Shown here: piece after piece, positions 52,143-62,217 of the stretch
How positions within the stretch are numbered: the stretch's first letter is position 1
Layout of the letters: each line of letters begins with the position of its first letter
Assembly: GCA_963826115.1 (NCBI GenBank)
Contig: CAWGVS010000006.1
Coordinates: forward strand, 640,001-704,000
Origin: an uncultured Candidatus Rokubacteria bacterium
Lineage (GTDB): Bacteria; Methylomirabilota; Methylomirabilia; Rokubacteriales; DASRDR01
DNA length: 64,000 bases
Reading direction: 5' to 3'
Made by a program: the position numbers and the translations under genes
The notes under the pieces: generated by a model
The model's database searches: none
Told to the model about the DNA's origin: nothing
The model's input: only the letters and a program-made list of their open reading frames with translations

Positions 52143-52457
52143 TCAGGATGCCCGGCCGAGCCGCTCGAGATGCTTGGCCAGCTTCGCGGCCTGGATGTAC
52201 TCGTCCTGGCGACCCGACGTGGTCAATCGGTATCCGCGCTCGCCCTCGTGCTTCCACATCGTGATCAGCCCGGCCCGGTACGCGGCGATCAGCGCCTCGC
52301 GGTCCGCCGCCGGCATCTCGGCGGGCGCCACCGGAGGCGCCACGGGCTTCGTCCGCCGTCGTGGCACGGGCTGTCGTGTCGCGGGCTGGGCGGCGCGAGC
52401 TCGCCGGCCGGCCGGGGAGGGAGTCGGGGAGGGCGCAGGAGATGGCCTTGACCGCAT
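52143..52457 (-). CDS. hypothetical protein
   Basis: protein-like C-terminal half (REALIAAYRAGLITMWK..RGYRLT); start uncertain. Confidence 0.5.
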   Translation of the reverse strand: MRSRPSPAPSPTPSPAGRRARAAQPATRQPVPRRRTKPVAPPVAPAEMPAADREALIAAYRAGLITMWKHEGERGYRLTTSGRQDEYIQAAKLAKHLERLGRAS

Positions 52458-52487
52458 TGCCCTAGTGTACTACTGTGGTCATACAGT
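52448..52487 (+). promoter_or_regulatory. sigma70-like promoter overlapped by a GntR-type operator
   Basis: TTGACC-17-TACTGT; TGTACTA-N8-ATACAGT at 52466-52487. Confidence 0.55.
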
Positions 52488-52711
52488 TCAAACAGCCTGT
52501 TGTGGTCTACCCTCCGGAGACTCGTCCTTCCCGCGATTCGAGCTCTCACGGGGTCGTCGGCCAGCGACGGGCCGGTCCGTCACCAGATGAGGAGGCCAGG
52601 CGTGATCAGCCCGGATCCGGATACCTCGAGCGCGTCGCGGCCGCCCGTCGGGTGGGCCCGGGTAGCGCTCGTGCCGGTCGATGAACGGCGTCGTGCACCG
52701 CGGGAGCGCCC

Positions 52712-52918
52712 TTGTTGAGGATCCCGGTCTTCGACAATCAGATCGAGCCCGCGCTGAAGTCCCTCAAGCGGGAGATGCTGAAGGACGGGCTGTTCAAGGA
52801 GATGAAGCTGCGGGCCTTCTACGAGAAGCCCTCAGTGAAGCGCAAGCGCAAGCAGGCCGAGGCCCGCAGGAAGCGACGGAAGGCCCTGGCCAGGCGCGCG
52901 CGGACCATGGGTGACTGA
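52712..52918 (+). CDS. rpsU: 30S ribosomal protein bS21
   Basis: IEPALKSLKR...GLFKEMK.RAFYEKPSVKRKRK. Confidence 0.9.
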   Translation: MLRIPVFDNQIEPALKSLKREMLKDGLFKEMKLRAFYEKPSVKRKRKQAEARRKRRKALARRARTMGD

Positions 52919-53000
52919 GCCAGGACGTGACCTGATGCAGCCGATGCCTCCACGGGATCGGCGCCGGGCGGCCGGAGCGACGGCCCCGGAGGGAGAAGCC

Positions 53001-53222
53001 ATGCCTTCAGTGACCCCGACGTGCCCCCTCTGTTCGTCCCCGGTCCTCGTGGGCGCCTACAACATGTCGAGTCACGGGGAGATGGCGCACCTGAAGTGCC
53101 CGCCGTCGCCCGCCTCCGGCAACCGGTGGCCCGAGGGCGTCCGGCAGATGGTCTGCCTGAACTGCAGCCGGACCTTCCCGAGCGAATCGAAGATGCAGCG
53201 TCTCTGCCGGGCATGCCGGTAG
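53001..53222 (+). CDS. small double zinc-finger protein
   Basis: CPLC...H..C and CLNC..F.SE....RLCRAC; GGAG SD. Confidence 0.65.
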   Translation: MPSVTPTCPLCSSPVLVGAYNMSSHGEMAHLKCPPSPASGNRWPEGVRQMVCLNCSRTFPSESKMQRLCRACR

Positions 53223-53389
53223 GGAGTGACAGGGAGTCGACCACTGGCGGCACGAGCGCGCGGTGACCTTCACGGTGCGCTGCGGACGCCGCTCCTGATG
53301 TCCGGCTCGCCGGCACCTCGTCGAGCCGTCCCCCCCAACCGGGCCAGCGGTCTGGAGTCTGGGGATTTCCAGCAAAGCCCCTGCGTATC

Positions 53390-53398
53390 TGCTATACT
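53390..53398 (+). promoter_or_regulatory. extended -10 promoter giving a long leader to the RRM gene
   Basis: TGCTATACT about 180 nt upstream of ATG 53581. Confidence 0.5.
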
Positions 53399-53580
53399 CC
53401 TCGTTGCGCGTTGTCGGAGACCCTCGGGACCGTCAACCACGCAGGGTCTGTTTGCCAGACTTCCCCTCTCTGAGAGACTGGCCTCGCCTCCGTCGGTTCA
53501 TCCGCGTCTACGGAGCGTGTTCGAGATGCGGATGAGTCCGTGAGCGCCCCGACCTCGTCGGGGCCAGAAGGAGGCGCCCC

Positions 53581-53895
53581 ATGGCGTCCAAGCTTTATGT
53601 CGGCGGTCTGTCCTATTCCACCACCTCCGAGAGCCTGCGCGAGTACTTCGGCCAGTGCGGCACGGTCGAGTCGGCCACGGTGATCACCGATCGCATGACC
53701 GGTGATTCCCGCGGATTCGGATTCGTCGAGATGTCGACGGAGGCCGAGGCGCAGGCGGCCATCAGCAAGCTGAACGACCAGTCGTTCGAGGGTCGGAAGC
53801 TGATGGTGAACGTGGCGAAGGCACCCGGGTCGGGCGGCGGTGGCGGCGCGCGGTCCGGTGGCTTCGGCGGTCCCCGCAAGACGGCCCGCTGGTAA
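53581..53895 (+). CDS. RRM RNA-binding protein with Gly-rich tail
   Basis: KLYVGGL, RGFGFVEM, GRKLMVN; AAGGAGG SD. Confidence 0.95.
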   Translation: MASKLYVGGLSYSTTSESLREYFGQCGTVESATVITDRMTGDSRGFGFVEMSTEAEAQAAISKLNDQSFEGRKLMVNVAKAPGSGGGGGARSGGFGGPRKTARW

Positions 53896-54042
53896 GCTCG
53901 ACAGACCAGGTCGTGAAGACGGCGCAGGGGTTGATGCCCCTGCGCCGTCGCGGTTCCCGGGGTCGACGGCGTCGACGGATGCGCGTCGCCGCCCGTCCCG
54001 CGCTGGACGTCGGCGCGGAGCTCCTCGCGCCCTCCGCGTTCA

Positions 54043-54083
54043 TTGACGCCGATCGTGCCACTGTACTATCATAGCGATACAGT
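54043..54083 (+). promoter_or_regulatory. sigma70 promoter with autoregulatory GntR operator
   Basis: TTGACG-18-TATCAT; palindrome ACTGTA-N12-TACAGT at 54060-54083. Confidence 0.65.
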
Positions 54084-54084
54084 C

Positions 54085-55185
54085 ATGGCCGTCCCCATCC
54101 GCCTGCGCGTCGACGCCCGGAGCCCGATCCCGATCCGCTGGCAGCTGGCGGAGCAGCTCAAGCACGTCGTCGAGGCGGGCGGCGTCCCGCGGGACCAGCC
54201 GCTGCCCAGCATCCGGGAGCTCGCCGGCTTTCTCGGCATCAATCCGAACACCGTGGCGCGCGCGATCGAGGATCTCAAACGCAGCGGCCACGTGGAGGCG
54301 CGCCGTGGCCGGGGCGTCTTCGTGGCCGGGGCGTCGCCGCCGCGCCCGTCCCTGACCCACCGCGAGGGCTTCCTGAAGGACACGGTGATCCGCGCGGCCG
54401 CGCTCGGCCTGACGCCCGATGACGTGGCGGTGGGCGTCCTGAGCCTGGCCAGTGTCGGCGTCGCCGCCCTCCGGGCGACCGCCGAGGTGCTCCTCGTCGA
54501 GTGCAGCGCGCCGGAGCTCGAGTTCTTCGCGCGCGAGCTCCAGGCCCAGCTGCCGGTCCGGGTGGCCAAGGTGCTCCTCAAGGACCTGGCGACCACCGTG
54601 GGGCGGCAGGCGCGCCCGGGCCACTGGGCCGCGGCGGTGACCAGCTTCGGGCATCTCCCGGAGGTGGAGCGCCTCCTGGAGGGTCTGGGGGTCCCCGTGC
54701 TCGCGCTCCTGGCGGAGACGCATCTCGAGACGCTGCAGCGCCTGGCTCAGCTGCCGCGCGGCGCGCGGGTGGGGGTGGTCGCCGCGGCCGTGGAGACGAC
54801 GCACACCGTGGAGCACTCGATCGCCGCCGCCGCCCTGCCGAACATCGCGCGGATCGAGACGTGTCCCGCCGAGGGGCCCGCGCTCCAGCGGCTCGTGCGC
54901 CGGGTGAGCGTCATCGTCTGCTCGAGCTCGACCGCCAAGCAGGTCCAGGGCCTCGTGGATCCGGCCGTCCCCGTGATCGTCGACGATCGGGCTCTCAACC
55001 AGCGCGCCATCCAGATGCTGGGGGCCGTGCTGGCGCAACGCGGCGTCGACCACCCGCCCGCGCCGCCGGCGTCGGCCCCGGTCGCCCGGAAGCCGCCCGG
55101 TCGTCGGCCGTCCGGGGCTGTCTCTCTGCCCGCGCCCCGCCTCGCGCCACGGCGAGCCGGCAACCGGACGGCGCGGAGGACCTGA
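54085..55185 (+). CDS. GntR (YtrA-like) regulator with long C-terminal domains
   Basis: LPSIRELA.FLGINPNTVARA...GRGVFV. Confidence 0.88.
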   Translation: MAVPIRLRVDARSPIPIRWQLAEQLKHVVEAGGVPRDQPLPSIRELAGFLGINPNTVARAIEDLKRSGHVEARRGRGVFVAGASPPRPSLTHREGFLKDTVIRAAALGLTPDDVAVGVLSLASVGVAALRATAEVLLVECSAPELEFFARELQAQLPVRVAKVLLKDLATTVGRQARPGHWAAAVTSFGHLPEVERLLEGLGVPVLALLAETHLETLQRLAQLPRGARVGVVAAAVETTHTVEHSIAAAALPNIARIETCPAEGPALQRLVRRVSVIVCSSSTAKQVQGLVDPAVPVIVDDRALNQRAIQMLGAVLAQRGVDHPPAPPASAPVARKPPGRRPSGAVSLPAPRLAPRRAGNRTARRT

Positions 55186-55541
55186 CGGCTCGGTGCGGGA
55201 CCTTGTCCACGGCACACGCGGGCGACCGGGACGTCGTCCTGCACCACGACGCGCGGGTGCTGACGGGGCTCCTTCTCTGGCTCGACTGGCGCCTCGGCCG
55301 ACCCCTGGCGCAGATCGCCAGCCTGGGAGTGCGCCCGTGGCAAGCCCGGGGCCTCGCATGACCCACGCGACGAGTCGGCGTTCGGACGGACCGCGCGCCC
55401 GCGGCCACGCACGCCATGCCGCTCGTGCCGGCAAACCGTACGGTCCGGGCCCCGCCTCCGCGCCGACCGGCCTCCGCTCGCAGGGCTCGAGCCGTGCGGC
55501 GGTGGTTCGCCGAGACGCCCTCTAGACTCGTCGAGCCAAGG

Positions 55542-56846
55542 ATGCAAAACACAGAGGCGGCGTCCGTCTGGTCCCGGCCCGAGCCCACCCGGGCCGGGTC
55601 CCCGACGCGCGCGCTCACCTTCGGCGGCGATCCGGCCTTCCAGCAGGCACTGCGGGAGCGGGTCGCGGCGCACTTCGCCACGACGGGCCAGCGGCCGCGC
55701 GACGCCTGGCAGATGTACGCGAAGACGGCGATCCTCCTCGCCGCCTTCGCGGGGCTGTACGGGCTGCTCGTGTTCGGGGCCCGGACCTGGGTCGAGGGCG
55801 TGCCCCTGGCCATCCTGCTCGGGCTGTGTGCCGCCGGCATCGGACTCAACGTCCAGCACGACGGCGGACACCGGGCCTATTCGTCCTCGCCGTGGATCAA
55901 CCGGCTGATGGCCATGACGCTCGAGCTGATCGGGGGCAGCTCCTACCTGTGGCGCTGGAAGCACGGCGTCTTCCACCACACGTACGTGAACGTCACGGGC
56001 CATGACACCGACATCGAGCTCGGCTACCTCGCGCGGCTCGCCCCGCAGCAGCGGCGGCTCCCGTTTCATCGCTGGCAGCACCTGTATCTCTGGCCGCTCT
56101 ACGGGTTCCTGACCATCAAGTGGCAGTGCCTGGACGATTTCCAGAAGCTGCTCCGCGGCCGGATCAACGAGCATCGCGTGCCGCGGCCCACGGGATGGGA
56201 GCTGGTGGTCTTCATCGGCGGCAAGGCGGTGTTCTTCGCGCTGGCGCTCGCGATCCCGATGCTCTTCCACTCGCCATGGGTCGTGCTCGGCTACTACGTG
56301 CTGACCGGGATCGTCATGGGCTTCCTGCTGAGCGTGGTGTTCCAGGTGGCCCACTGCGTCGAGGAGGCCGAGTTCCCCGCGCCGCGCCCCAGCACCGGGC
56401 GCCTCGATCACGCGTGGGCGGTCCATCAAGCCGAGACGAGCGTCGATTTCTCTCGCGAGAGCCGGCTCGTGTCGTGGCTCGTCGGGGGTCTCAATTTCCA
56501 GATCGAGCACCACCTGTTCCCCCGGATCAGCCACGTCCACTACCCGGCCATCGCCGGGCTGGTGGAGCAGACGTGCCGGGAGTTCGGGATCCGGTACACG
56601 GCGCACCCGACGTTCTGGGCGGGGATCCGCTCGCACTTTCGCTGGCTGCGCCGCATGGGGATGCCGGACACGGTCGGTCCGCCGTGGGCCGGTGGCTCCC
56701 GATCCGGGCCGGCGCTCGAGGATCGCCCATCGCCTCAGCGCCTGAGATCGGTGGGGGGGCGGGCGGGGGTCCTGAGCCAGAGCACGGAGCTCGGTCCCGT
56801 CAATCTTCCGGGGCGGAACGCCGGCAATTCGGCCGAGCCGGCCTGA
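55542..56846 (+). CDS. membrane fatty acid (acyl-CoA) desaturase
   Basis: His boxes HDGGH, HGVFHH, QIEHHLFP. Confidence 0.92.
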   Translation: MQNTEAASVWSRPEPTRAGSPTRALTFGGDPAFQQALRERVAAHFATTGQRPRDAWQMYAKTAILLAAFAGLYGLLVFGARTWVEGVPLAILLGLCAAGIGLNVQHDGGHRAYSSSPWINRLMAMTLELIGGSSYLWRWKHGVFHHTYVNVTGHDTDIELGYLARLAPQQRRLPFHRWQHLYLWPLYGFLTIKWQCLDDFQKLLRGRINEHRVPRPTGWELVVFIGGKAVFFALALAIPMLFHSPWVVLGYYVLTGIVMGFLLSVVFQVAHCVEEAEFPAPRPSTGRLDHAWAVHQAETSVDFSRESRLVSWLVGGLNFQIEHHLFPRISHVHYPAIAGLVEQTCREFGIRYTAHPTFWAGIRSHFRWLRRMGMPDTVGPPWAGGSRSGPALEDRPSPQRLRSVGGRAGVLSQSTELGPVNLPGRNAGNSAEPA

Positions 56847-57695
56847 CCGTCGCCCGCTCCGCGCTTCCGCCGCCGGAGCGCCTCGGTGTGCGGCTTCAGG
56901 GCCTGGCGAGACCCTGGGCGTCACGGGGGGCAGCCGCTGACGCCGCCGGCGCCGGCCGGGGCGGACTGATCCCGACGGCACGCGGCGCGGAGCCGGCGAC
57001 GATCGAGCCCCTCGCCACGCCGTGGCGGCCCGCCGGGCCATGCCATCTCGAAGCTGGGCATGAGCGGCGCACACGAGGCGATCCAGAGGCCGGGCAGCGG
57101 AGCCGCGATCAGCATCGCCTGCTGACGTTCCACGCGCTCTGCCCCGGCCCTGAGGGAGACGAGGGTCGACCAGGGATCCCGGCGCGTGGAGCCGCCGGAA
57201 CGGGATCGACCTGAGCGCCGCGCCGGAGCCCTTCCTGCCGCCCGGCGCGCTCTCGACGACGAACAATCGCTGGAGCGTCTCGTACGCCTTCGAGTAGACG
57301 CTCGGGCGGAGCGAGAAAGCCACCCGGAAGGCCATCGGCCTCTTCGGCCAGCTCGCAGTCGATCGGGAAGCCGAACCCCGTCCGCTTCCGGGTCCCCGGC
57401 GGCGTGAGCGGCACGAGCCCGATTCCCGGGCGGGAGGCCGATCGGTTCGGCCCGGCCCCGTTCCCGTGGGGCTCGGTGACGCCCTGACGGGGCCCCCGGG
57501 GTCCCTGCGCATCGATGGCCAGTCTGGCGGCGAGGTGTTCTACAATCGCTGTCACCCATGGTTCCTGGTCACCGCCGACATCCGCATGATCTCGCCGGCG
57601 TCCGGCGACAGCCCCGCCGTGCTCTTCGGGCTGCGCGCGGAGCTGAAGCTCCGGACGGCGGGGGAGCCGAACGCACGACAGGAGGAGAAACGCTC

Positions 57696-58715
57696 ATGCG
57701 AGCTCGATCGACGGCGCCGGCACGACCCGGATTCTCCCGGGGATGGCTGAGCCTGAGTGGCGCGGCCCTGGCACTCGTGCTGAGCGCGGGGCTGGCCCGG
57801 GCCCAGACGCTGCCCCCGGGCGCCCTCGAGCAGCTCGACAACCTGGTCGGGAGCCGGGTCGAGACGTTCTCGGTGCTCGACACCCAGAGCGGCGCGGCGG
57901 GCGGCACGTACGTGTCCAAGGTCAACGACACCGATCTCGCGATCACGCGCGTCACGGGCCGGGGGGACGTGGCGGCGAAGCGGCCGCTGGGGGATACCGG
58001 GATCTTCTGGGCCCCGATGATCGAAGGGGGGATCGGGTACGGGACGTTCGAGAACCACTTCGACGGCGGCGCGCTGGCTGGAAACCAGAGCACGGTCACG
58101 AGCCTCGCCGTGTTCCTCGGCGGCGGGGTCCGGTTCACGGTCTGGGACGATTTCAGCCTGGCCCCGACGTTCGGCATCGTCTACGCGCACAACGAGAACG
58201 ACTTCGACGCGAAGAACGACCTTGGGCGGCAGGTGGTGCAGGTCGCCGGCACCGGCTCGGGGAACGACCTCGTCAACTGGACAGCGGACACGTTCACGCT
58301 CGTTCCGGGGCTCGAGGGGCGCTACCGGCACCTGTTCGGCGGCATCATCCAGCTGACGGTGAAGTCGCTGTTCAAGTACTTCCACACCCAGCCGATCTCG
58401 CGGTCCACGACGGCGCTGAGCTTCGAGAGCACGTCCCAGTGGTGGCTCAACGAGATAGACGTCGAGTGGCGGATGCCCGTGTACCTGTGGGGCCGTCAGC
58501 TCCGCACGGGCGCGTACATCAGCCGGTCCGAGCTCTACGGCGGGCTGGAAACCACGCTCCATACGGACCACTTCTACAACGCCGGTGGCCGGCTGGTGAT
58601 GGACATCCAGGGGCTGCTGTGGCACGTCGAGTACATCGGCATCGGGGGAGGGTACTTCTGGGCGGACAAGTTCTCGGGCTGGACCATCGGCGCCGAGATC
58701 AGCTTCGCCTTCTGA
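57696..58715 (+). CDS. outer-membrane beta-barrel protein, paralog of 14024..15064
   Basis: shared QLD..VG.RVE, ENDFDA, LVNW, YFWA..FSGWT motifs; terminal Phe; AGGAGG SD. Confidence 0.75.
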   Translation: MRARSTAPARPGFSRGWLSLSGAALALVLSAGLARAQTLPPGALEQLDNLVGSRVETFSVLDTQSGAAGGTYVSKVNDTDLAITRVTGRGDVAAKRPLGDTGIFWAPMIEGGIGYGTFENHFDGGALAGNQSTVTSLAVFLGGGVRFTVWDDFSLAPTFGIVYAHNENDFDAKNDLGRQVVQVAGTGSGNDLVNWTADTFTLVPGLEGRYRHLFGGIIQLTVKSLFKYFHTQPISRSTTALSFESTSQWWLNEIDVEWRMPVYLWGRQLRTGAYISRSELYGGLETTLHTDHFYNAGGRLVMDIQGLLWHVEYIGIGGGYFWADKFSGWTIGAEISFAF

Positions 58716-58983
58716 TCCAGCGTTCCCGCATCTCCGGGTCGGTGCAGGAGGGAACGGCGTTGCGCGCCAGCATGCCGGCAGGACCGACAACGGGCGGAAG
58801 CCGCTCTTCCCGCCGCTCTCGGAGATGGATACGATGAGGGGCGGGCAGCCCTTCGGTACCGGCGGAGCGGCTCGAGGCGCGGAACCCGGACCAGCGTGGC
58901 TGGAGGATTCCCGTCCGCGGCCGTCGACCGCCCGTGCGCACACGGCGTGGTACAGAAACCCTGACCTGAGGAGGACTACGACG

Positions 58984-59982
58984 ATGCGACAGACCCGGAT
59001 CCGGCCTCTCGGGCGCCTCGCCGCCACGGTGGCGGTCCTCGTGCTGGGGGTAGCGCTCGCCGGGAGTGCCATGGCCCAGGCCAAGTATCCGACGCGGCCG
59101 ATCGAGGTGGTGGTGCCCTACGCGCCCGGCGGCGGCACCGACAACCTCATGCGGATGATCGTCGGGATCATCGACGAGAACAAGTGGTCGCCCGTGTCGC
59201 TCAGCGTCGTCAACAAGGCCGGCGGCAGCGGCGCCGTCGGCTACAGCTACACGATCGGCAAGAAGGGCAACCCCTACGTGGTGTGCGGGGCCACGCCCAC
59301 GATCGTGAGCGGCAAGCTCGAGGGGCGGCTGTCGGGCGACCACCGGGACGCGCTCCCGATCCTCATGATCGTGGCGATCGACGAGTTGATGCTGTCGGTC
59401 CGCGCCGAGTCGCCCTACCAGACGATCGAGGACTTCGTGAAGGGGGCCAAGGACAAGCCCGGCCAGCTGACGGTGGGCGGCACCTCCACGAACTCCGAGG
59501 ACCACATCTTCACCTTCCTCTTCGAGAAGGCGGCGGGGATCAAGGTCAAGTACGTCCCCTTCAACTCCGGGGGCGAGGTGACGGCGGCCCTGATGGGTGG
59601 GCACATCGACGGGGCGGTGGAGAACCCCAACGAGATCGTGGCCCAGATCGAGGCCAAGAAGGCCCGGAACCTGGCGGTGGCCGCAAAGCAGCGGATGAAA
59701 GACGCCCAGGACGTGCCGACCTTCAAGGAGAAGGGCATCGACTTCCTGTGGGAGCAGATGCGCGGGGTATGCGGGCCGGCCGACATGGGCGCCGAGGCCA
59801 TCAAGTGGTGGCAGGACACCCTCCGGAAGGTCACCGAGACCCCCAAGTGGCAGACCCAGTACATCAAGCGGAACCTCCTGACCCCGGTCCAGTGGGTGGG
59901 GGAGGAGGCCAACGAGTACCTGGACGGCCTCCGGGGCAAGTACACGGACGCCCTGACCGGCCTCGGGGCCATCAAGAAGTAG
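58984..59982 (+). CDS. tctC: tripartite tricarboxylate transporter substrate-binding protein
   Basis: YPTRPIEVVVPYAPGGGTD, NKAGGSG, YVPFNSGG, VPTFKEKG. Confidence 0.92.
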   Translation: MRQTRIRPLGRLAATVAVLVLGVALAGSAMAQAKYPTRPIEVVVPYAPGGGTDNLMRMIVGIIDENKWSPVSLSVVNKAGGSGAVGYSYTIGKKGNPYVVCGATPTIVSGKLEGRLSGDHRDALPILMIVAIDELMLSVRAESPYQTIEDFVKGAKDKPGQLTVGGTSTNSEDHIFTFLFEKAAGIKVKYVPFNSGGEVTAALMGGHIDGAVENPNEIVAQIEAKKARNLAVAAKQRMKDAQDVPTFKEKGIDFLWEQMRGVCGPADMGAEAIKWWQDTLRKVTETPKWQTQYIKRNLLTPVQWVGEEANEYLDGLRGKYTDALTGLGAIKK

Positions 59983-60033
59983 ACGGCGGCGGGGTCGGGT
60001 CCCTCGAGGGCCTGGCCCCGCGCGAGCCTGTCG

Positions 60034-60489
60034 ATGCGCTCCGCTGACCGCGTGGCCGCGGTGGCCCTGATCGTTCTCGCGGCCTGGTTCGTCGCCATCG
60101 GGCGGCGCTTCCCCTACTGGCGCGCCGAGACGGGGCCCGGCTCCGGGTTCCTCCCGGTGTGGCTCGGCATCGCGCTCACGGTGCTGGCCGTCCTCCTGTT
60201 CCTGAACGCGGGCGGCACGGCGTCCGGGGACGGGCGCTGGATCCCCGACCGCGCGGCCCTGCGGCGGCTCGCCCTCATCCTGGGGGCCTGCGTCGTCTTC
60301 GTCGCGGCCATGGACGCCGTGGGCATGATCGCGGGGACCGCCCTGTTCCTGGTCTTCGTGCTCCGGGTCGTCGAGCGCTACCGCTGGAGGACGGTCCTGG
60401 GGGTGGCCGTCGCGGCGGCCGCCATGAACTACGTCGTGTTCACCTACTGGCTCAAGGTCCCGTTCCCCACCGGGTATCTGGGGATCTGA
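60034..60489 (+). CDS. tctB: tripartite tricarboxylate transporter small subunit
   Basis: GPGSGFLP, LKVPFPTG; lies between tctC and tctA. Confidence 0.88.
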   Translation: MRSADRVAAVALIVLAAWFVAIGRRFPYWRAETGPGSGFLPVWLGIALTVLAVLLFLNAGGTASGDGRWIPDRAALRRLALILGACVVFVAAMDAVGMIAGTALFLVFVLRVVERYRWRTVLGVAVAAAAMNYVVFTYWLKVPFPTGYLGI

Positions 60490-60598
60490 CCGGCATGCGC
60501 CTGTCGCTCGCGCGTCCGGTCGGCCTCGCGCGTGACGCCGGGACGGATACCCGCGCGACGGGCGGGCGCGCGCGCGCCGCGTCCCGAGGCGTGCGCTG

Positions 60599-62116
60599 AT
60601 GGTGGACCACCTCCTCGCCAACCTGACGCTCGGCTTCTCCATCGCGCTGAGCCCCTTCAACCTCCTGATGGCGGCGGTGGGCGTCACGGTGGGCCAGCTC
60701 ATCGGCGCCTTGCCGGGGATCGGCCCGGTCTCGGGCGTGGCGCTCCTCCTGCCGCTGACCTTCGGGATGGATCCGACGTCCGGCATCATCATGCTGGCCG
60801 GCATCTACTACGGCTCCCAGTACGGCGGCACCATCACCTCCGTCCTCATCAACACCCCGGGGGAGTCGGCCTCGGTCGTGACCTGCCTGGACGGCTACCC
60901 CATGGCGCTCAAGGGGCGGGCCGGGCCGGCGCTGGGGATCGCCGCCTTCGGCTCGTTCATCGCCGGGACGTTCGGGGTGGTGATGCTCATGCTGATGTCG
61001 CCCACCCTCGCCCGGTGGGCGCTGTCGTTCGGCCCTCCCGAGACCTTCGCCCTCATGCTGCTGGGCCTGACCACCGTGACGGGGCTCACGGGGGAGAACG
61101 CGATCAAGGGCTACATCAGCATGGTGCTGGGCCTGATGCTCGCGATGGTGGGCTTCGACATCATCTCCGGCGACCCCCGCTACGCCTTCGGCGTCAACGA
61201 GCTCCTCGACGGCTTCGACTTCCTGCCGGTGGCCATCGGTCTCTTCGGGATGGGCGAGGTGCTGGTCGGGGCCGAGCAGGCGCTCGACCTCAAGATCCTC
61301 CAGGGGCGGTACGGGATCCGTGACGTCCTGCCGACCGCCGCGGACTGGGTCCGGAGCCGCCTGGCCATCGTGCGCGGTACGCTCCTCGGCTTCTTCGTGG
61401 GGATCCTGCCCGGGGCCGGCTCGACCATCGCCTCCTTCTTCTCCTACGCGGTCGAGCGGAAGTACTCGAAGCACCCCGAGGAGTTCGGCCACGGGGCGAT
61501 CGAGGGGGTGGCCGGCCCCGAGTCGGCCAACAACGCCGCCTCGGCCGGGGCCATGGTGCCCCTCCTGACGCTGGGCATCCCGGGATCCGGCACCACGGCG
61601 ATCATGATGGGCGGCCTCATGATGTGGGGCCTCCAGCCCGGGCCGCTCCTGTTCGAGAAGAACCCCGCCTTCGTGTGGGGCCTGATCGCCTCCATGTACA
61701 TCGGGAACGTGATGCTGGTCATCCTGAACATCGCCTTCATCCCCGTCTTCGTGCGGGCGCTGCGCGTTCCCTACAGCATCCTGATGGCGCTGATCATCGT
61801 CTTCTGCGTCACGGGCGCGTACGCCGCCAACAACCGCGTGTGGGACGTCGGCGTGATGCTGGCGTTCGGGGTCGTCGGCTACCTCATGCGGAAGCTCGAC
61901 TACTCGGCGGCCGCCCTGACCCTGGCGCTGGTGCTGGGCCCGCTCGCCGAGCGGGCGCTCCGGCAGTCGCTGATCATCTCGGACACCGGCGTGCTGATCT
62001 TCTTCCAGCGCCCCATCGCGGCCGTGCTGACGTGTCTCGCGATCCTGGCCGTCCTGGTCCCCACCGCGCGCGGCATCTGGGCGCTGGCCCGCGGCTTCCG
62101 GCGCGCCGCGGCCTGA
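60599..62116 (+). CDS. tctA: tripartite tricarboxylate transporter large subunit
   Basis: GALPGIG, YGGTITSVLINTPG, PESANNA, LTLGIPGS. Confidence 0.95.
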   Translation: MVDHLLANLTLGFSIALSPFNLLMAAVGVTVGQLIGALPGIGPVSGVALLLPLTFGMDPTSGIIMLAGIYYGSQYGGTITSVLINTPGESASVVTCLDGYPMALKGRAGPALGIAAFGSFIAGTFGVVMLMLMSPTLARWALSFGPPETFALMLLGLTTVTGLTGENAIKGYISMVLGLMLAMVGFDIISGDPRYAFGVNELLDGFDFLPVAIGLFGMGEVLVGAEQALDLKILQGRYGIRDVLPTAADWVRSRLAIVRGTLLGFFVGILPGAGSTIASFFSYAVERKYSKHPEEFGHGAIEGVAGPESANNAASAGAMVPLLTLGIPGSGTTAIMMGGLMMWGLQPGPLLFEKNPAFVWGLIASMYIGNVMLVILNIAFIPVFVRALRVPYSILMALIIVFCVTGAYAANNRVWDVGVMLAFGVVGYLMRKLDYSAAALTLALVLGPLAERALRQSLIISDTGVLIFFQRPIAAVLTCLAILAVLVPTARGIWALARGFRRAAA

Positions 62117-62217
62117 CGGCGTGGTCGGCCGCCCGTCGACCGCCCCGCGGGACGCATTCGCGGTCCTCGACCTCGACGTCACCGGCCACCGTCCGGGCGG
62201 TCGCTCGTGAGCCCACG

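Noticed and set aside
56921-57559. possible frameshifted pseudogene on the minus strand
   Set aside because: Protein-like patches occur in several frames, but I cannot assign a family or boundaries.
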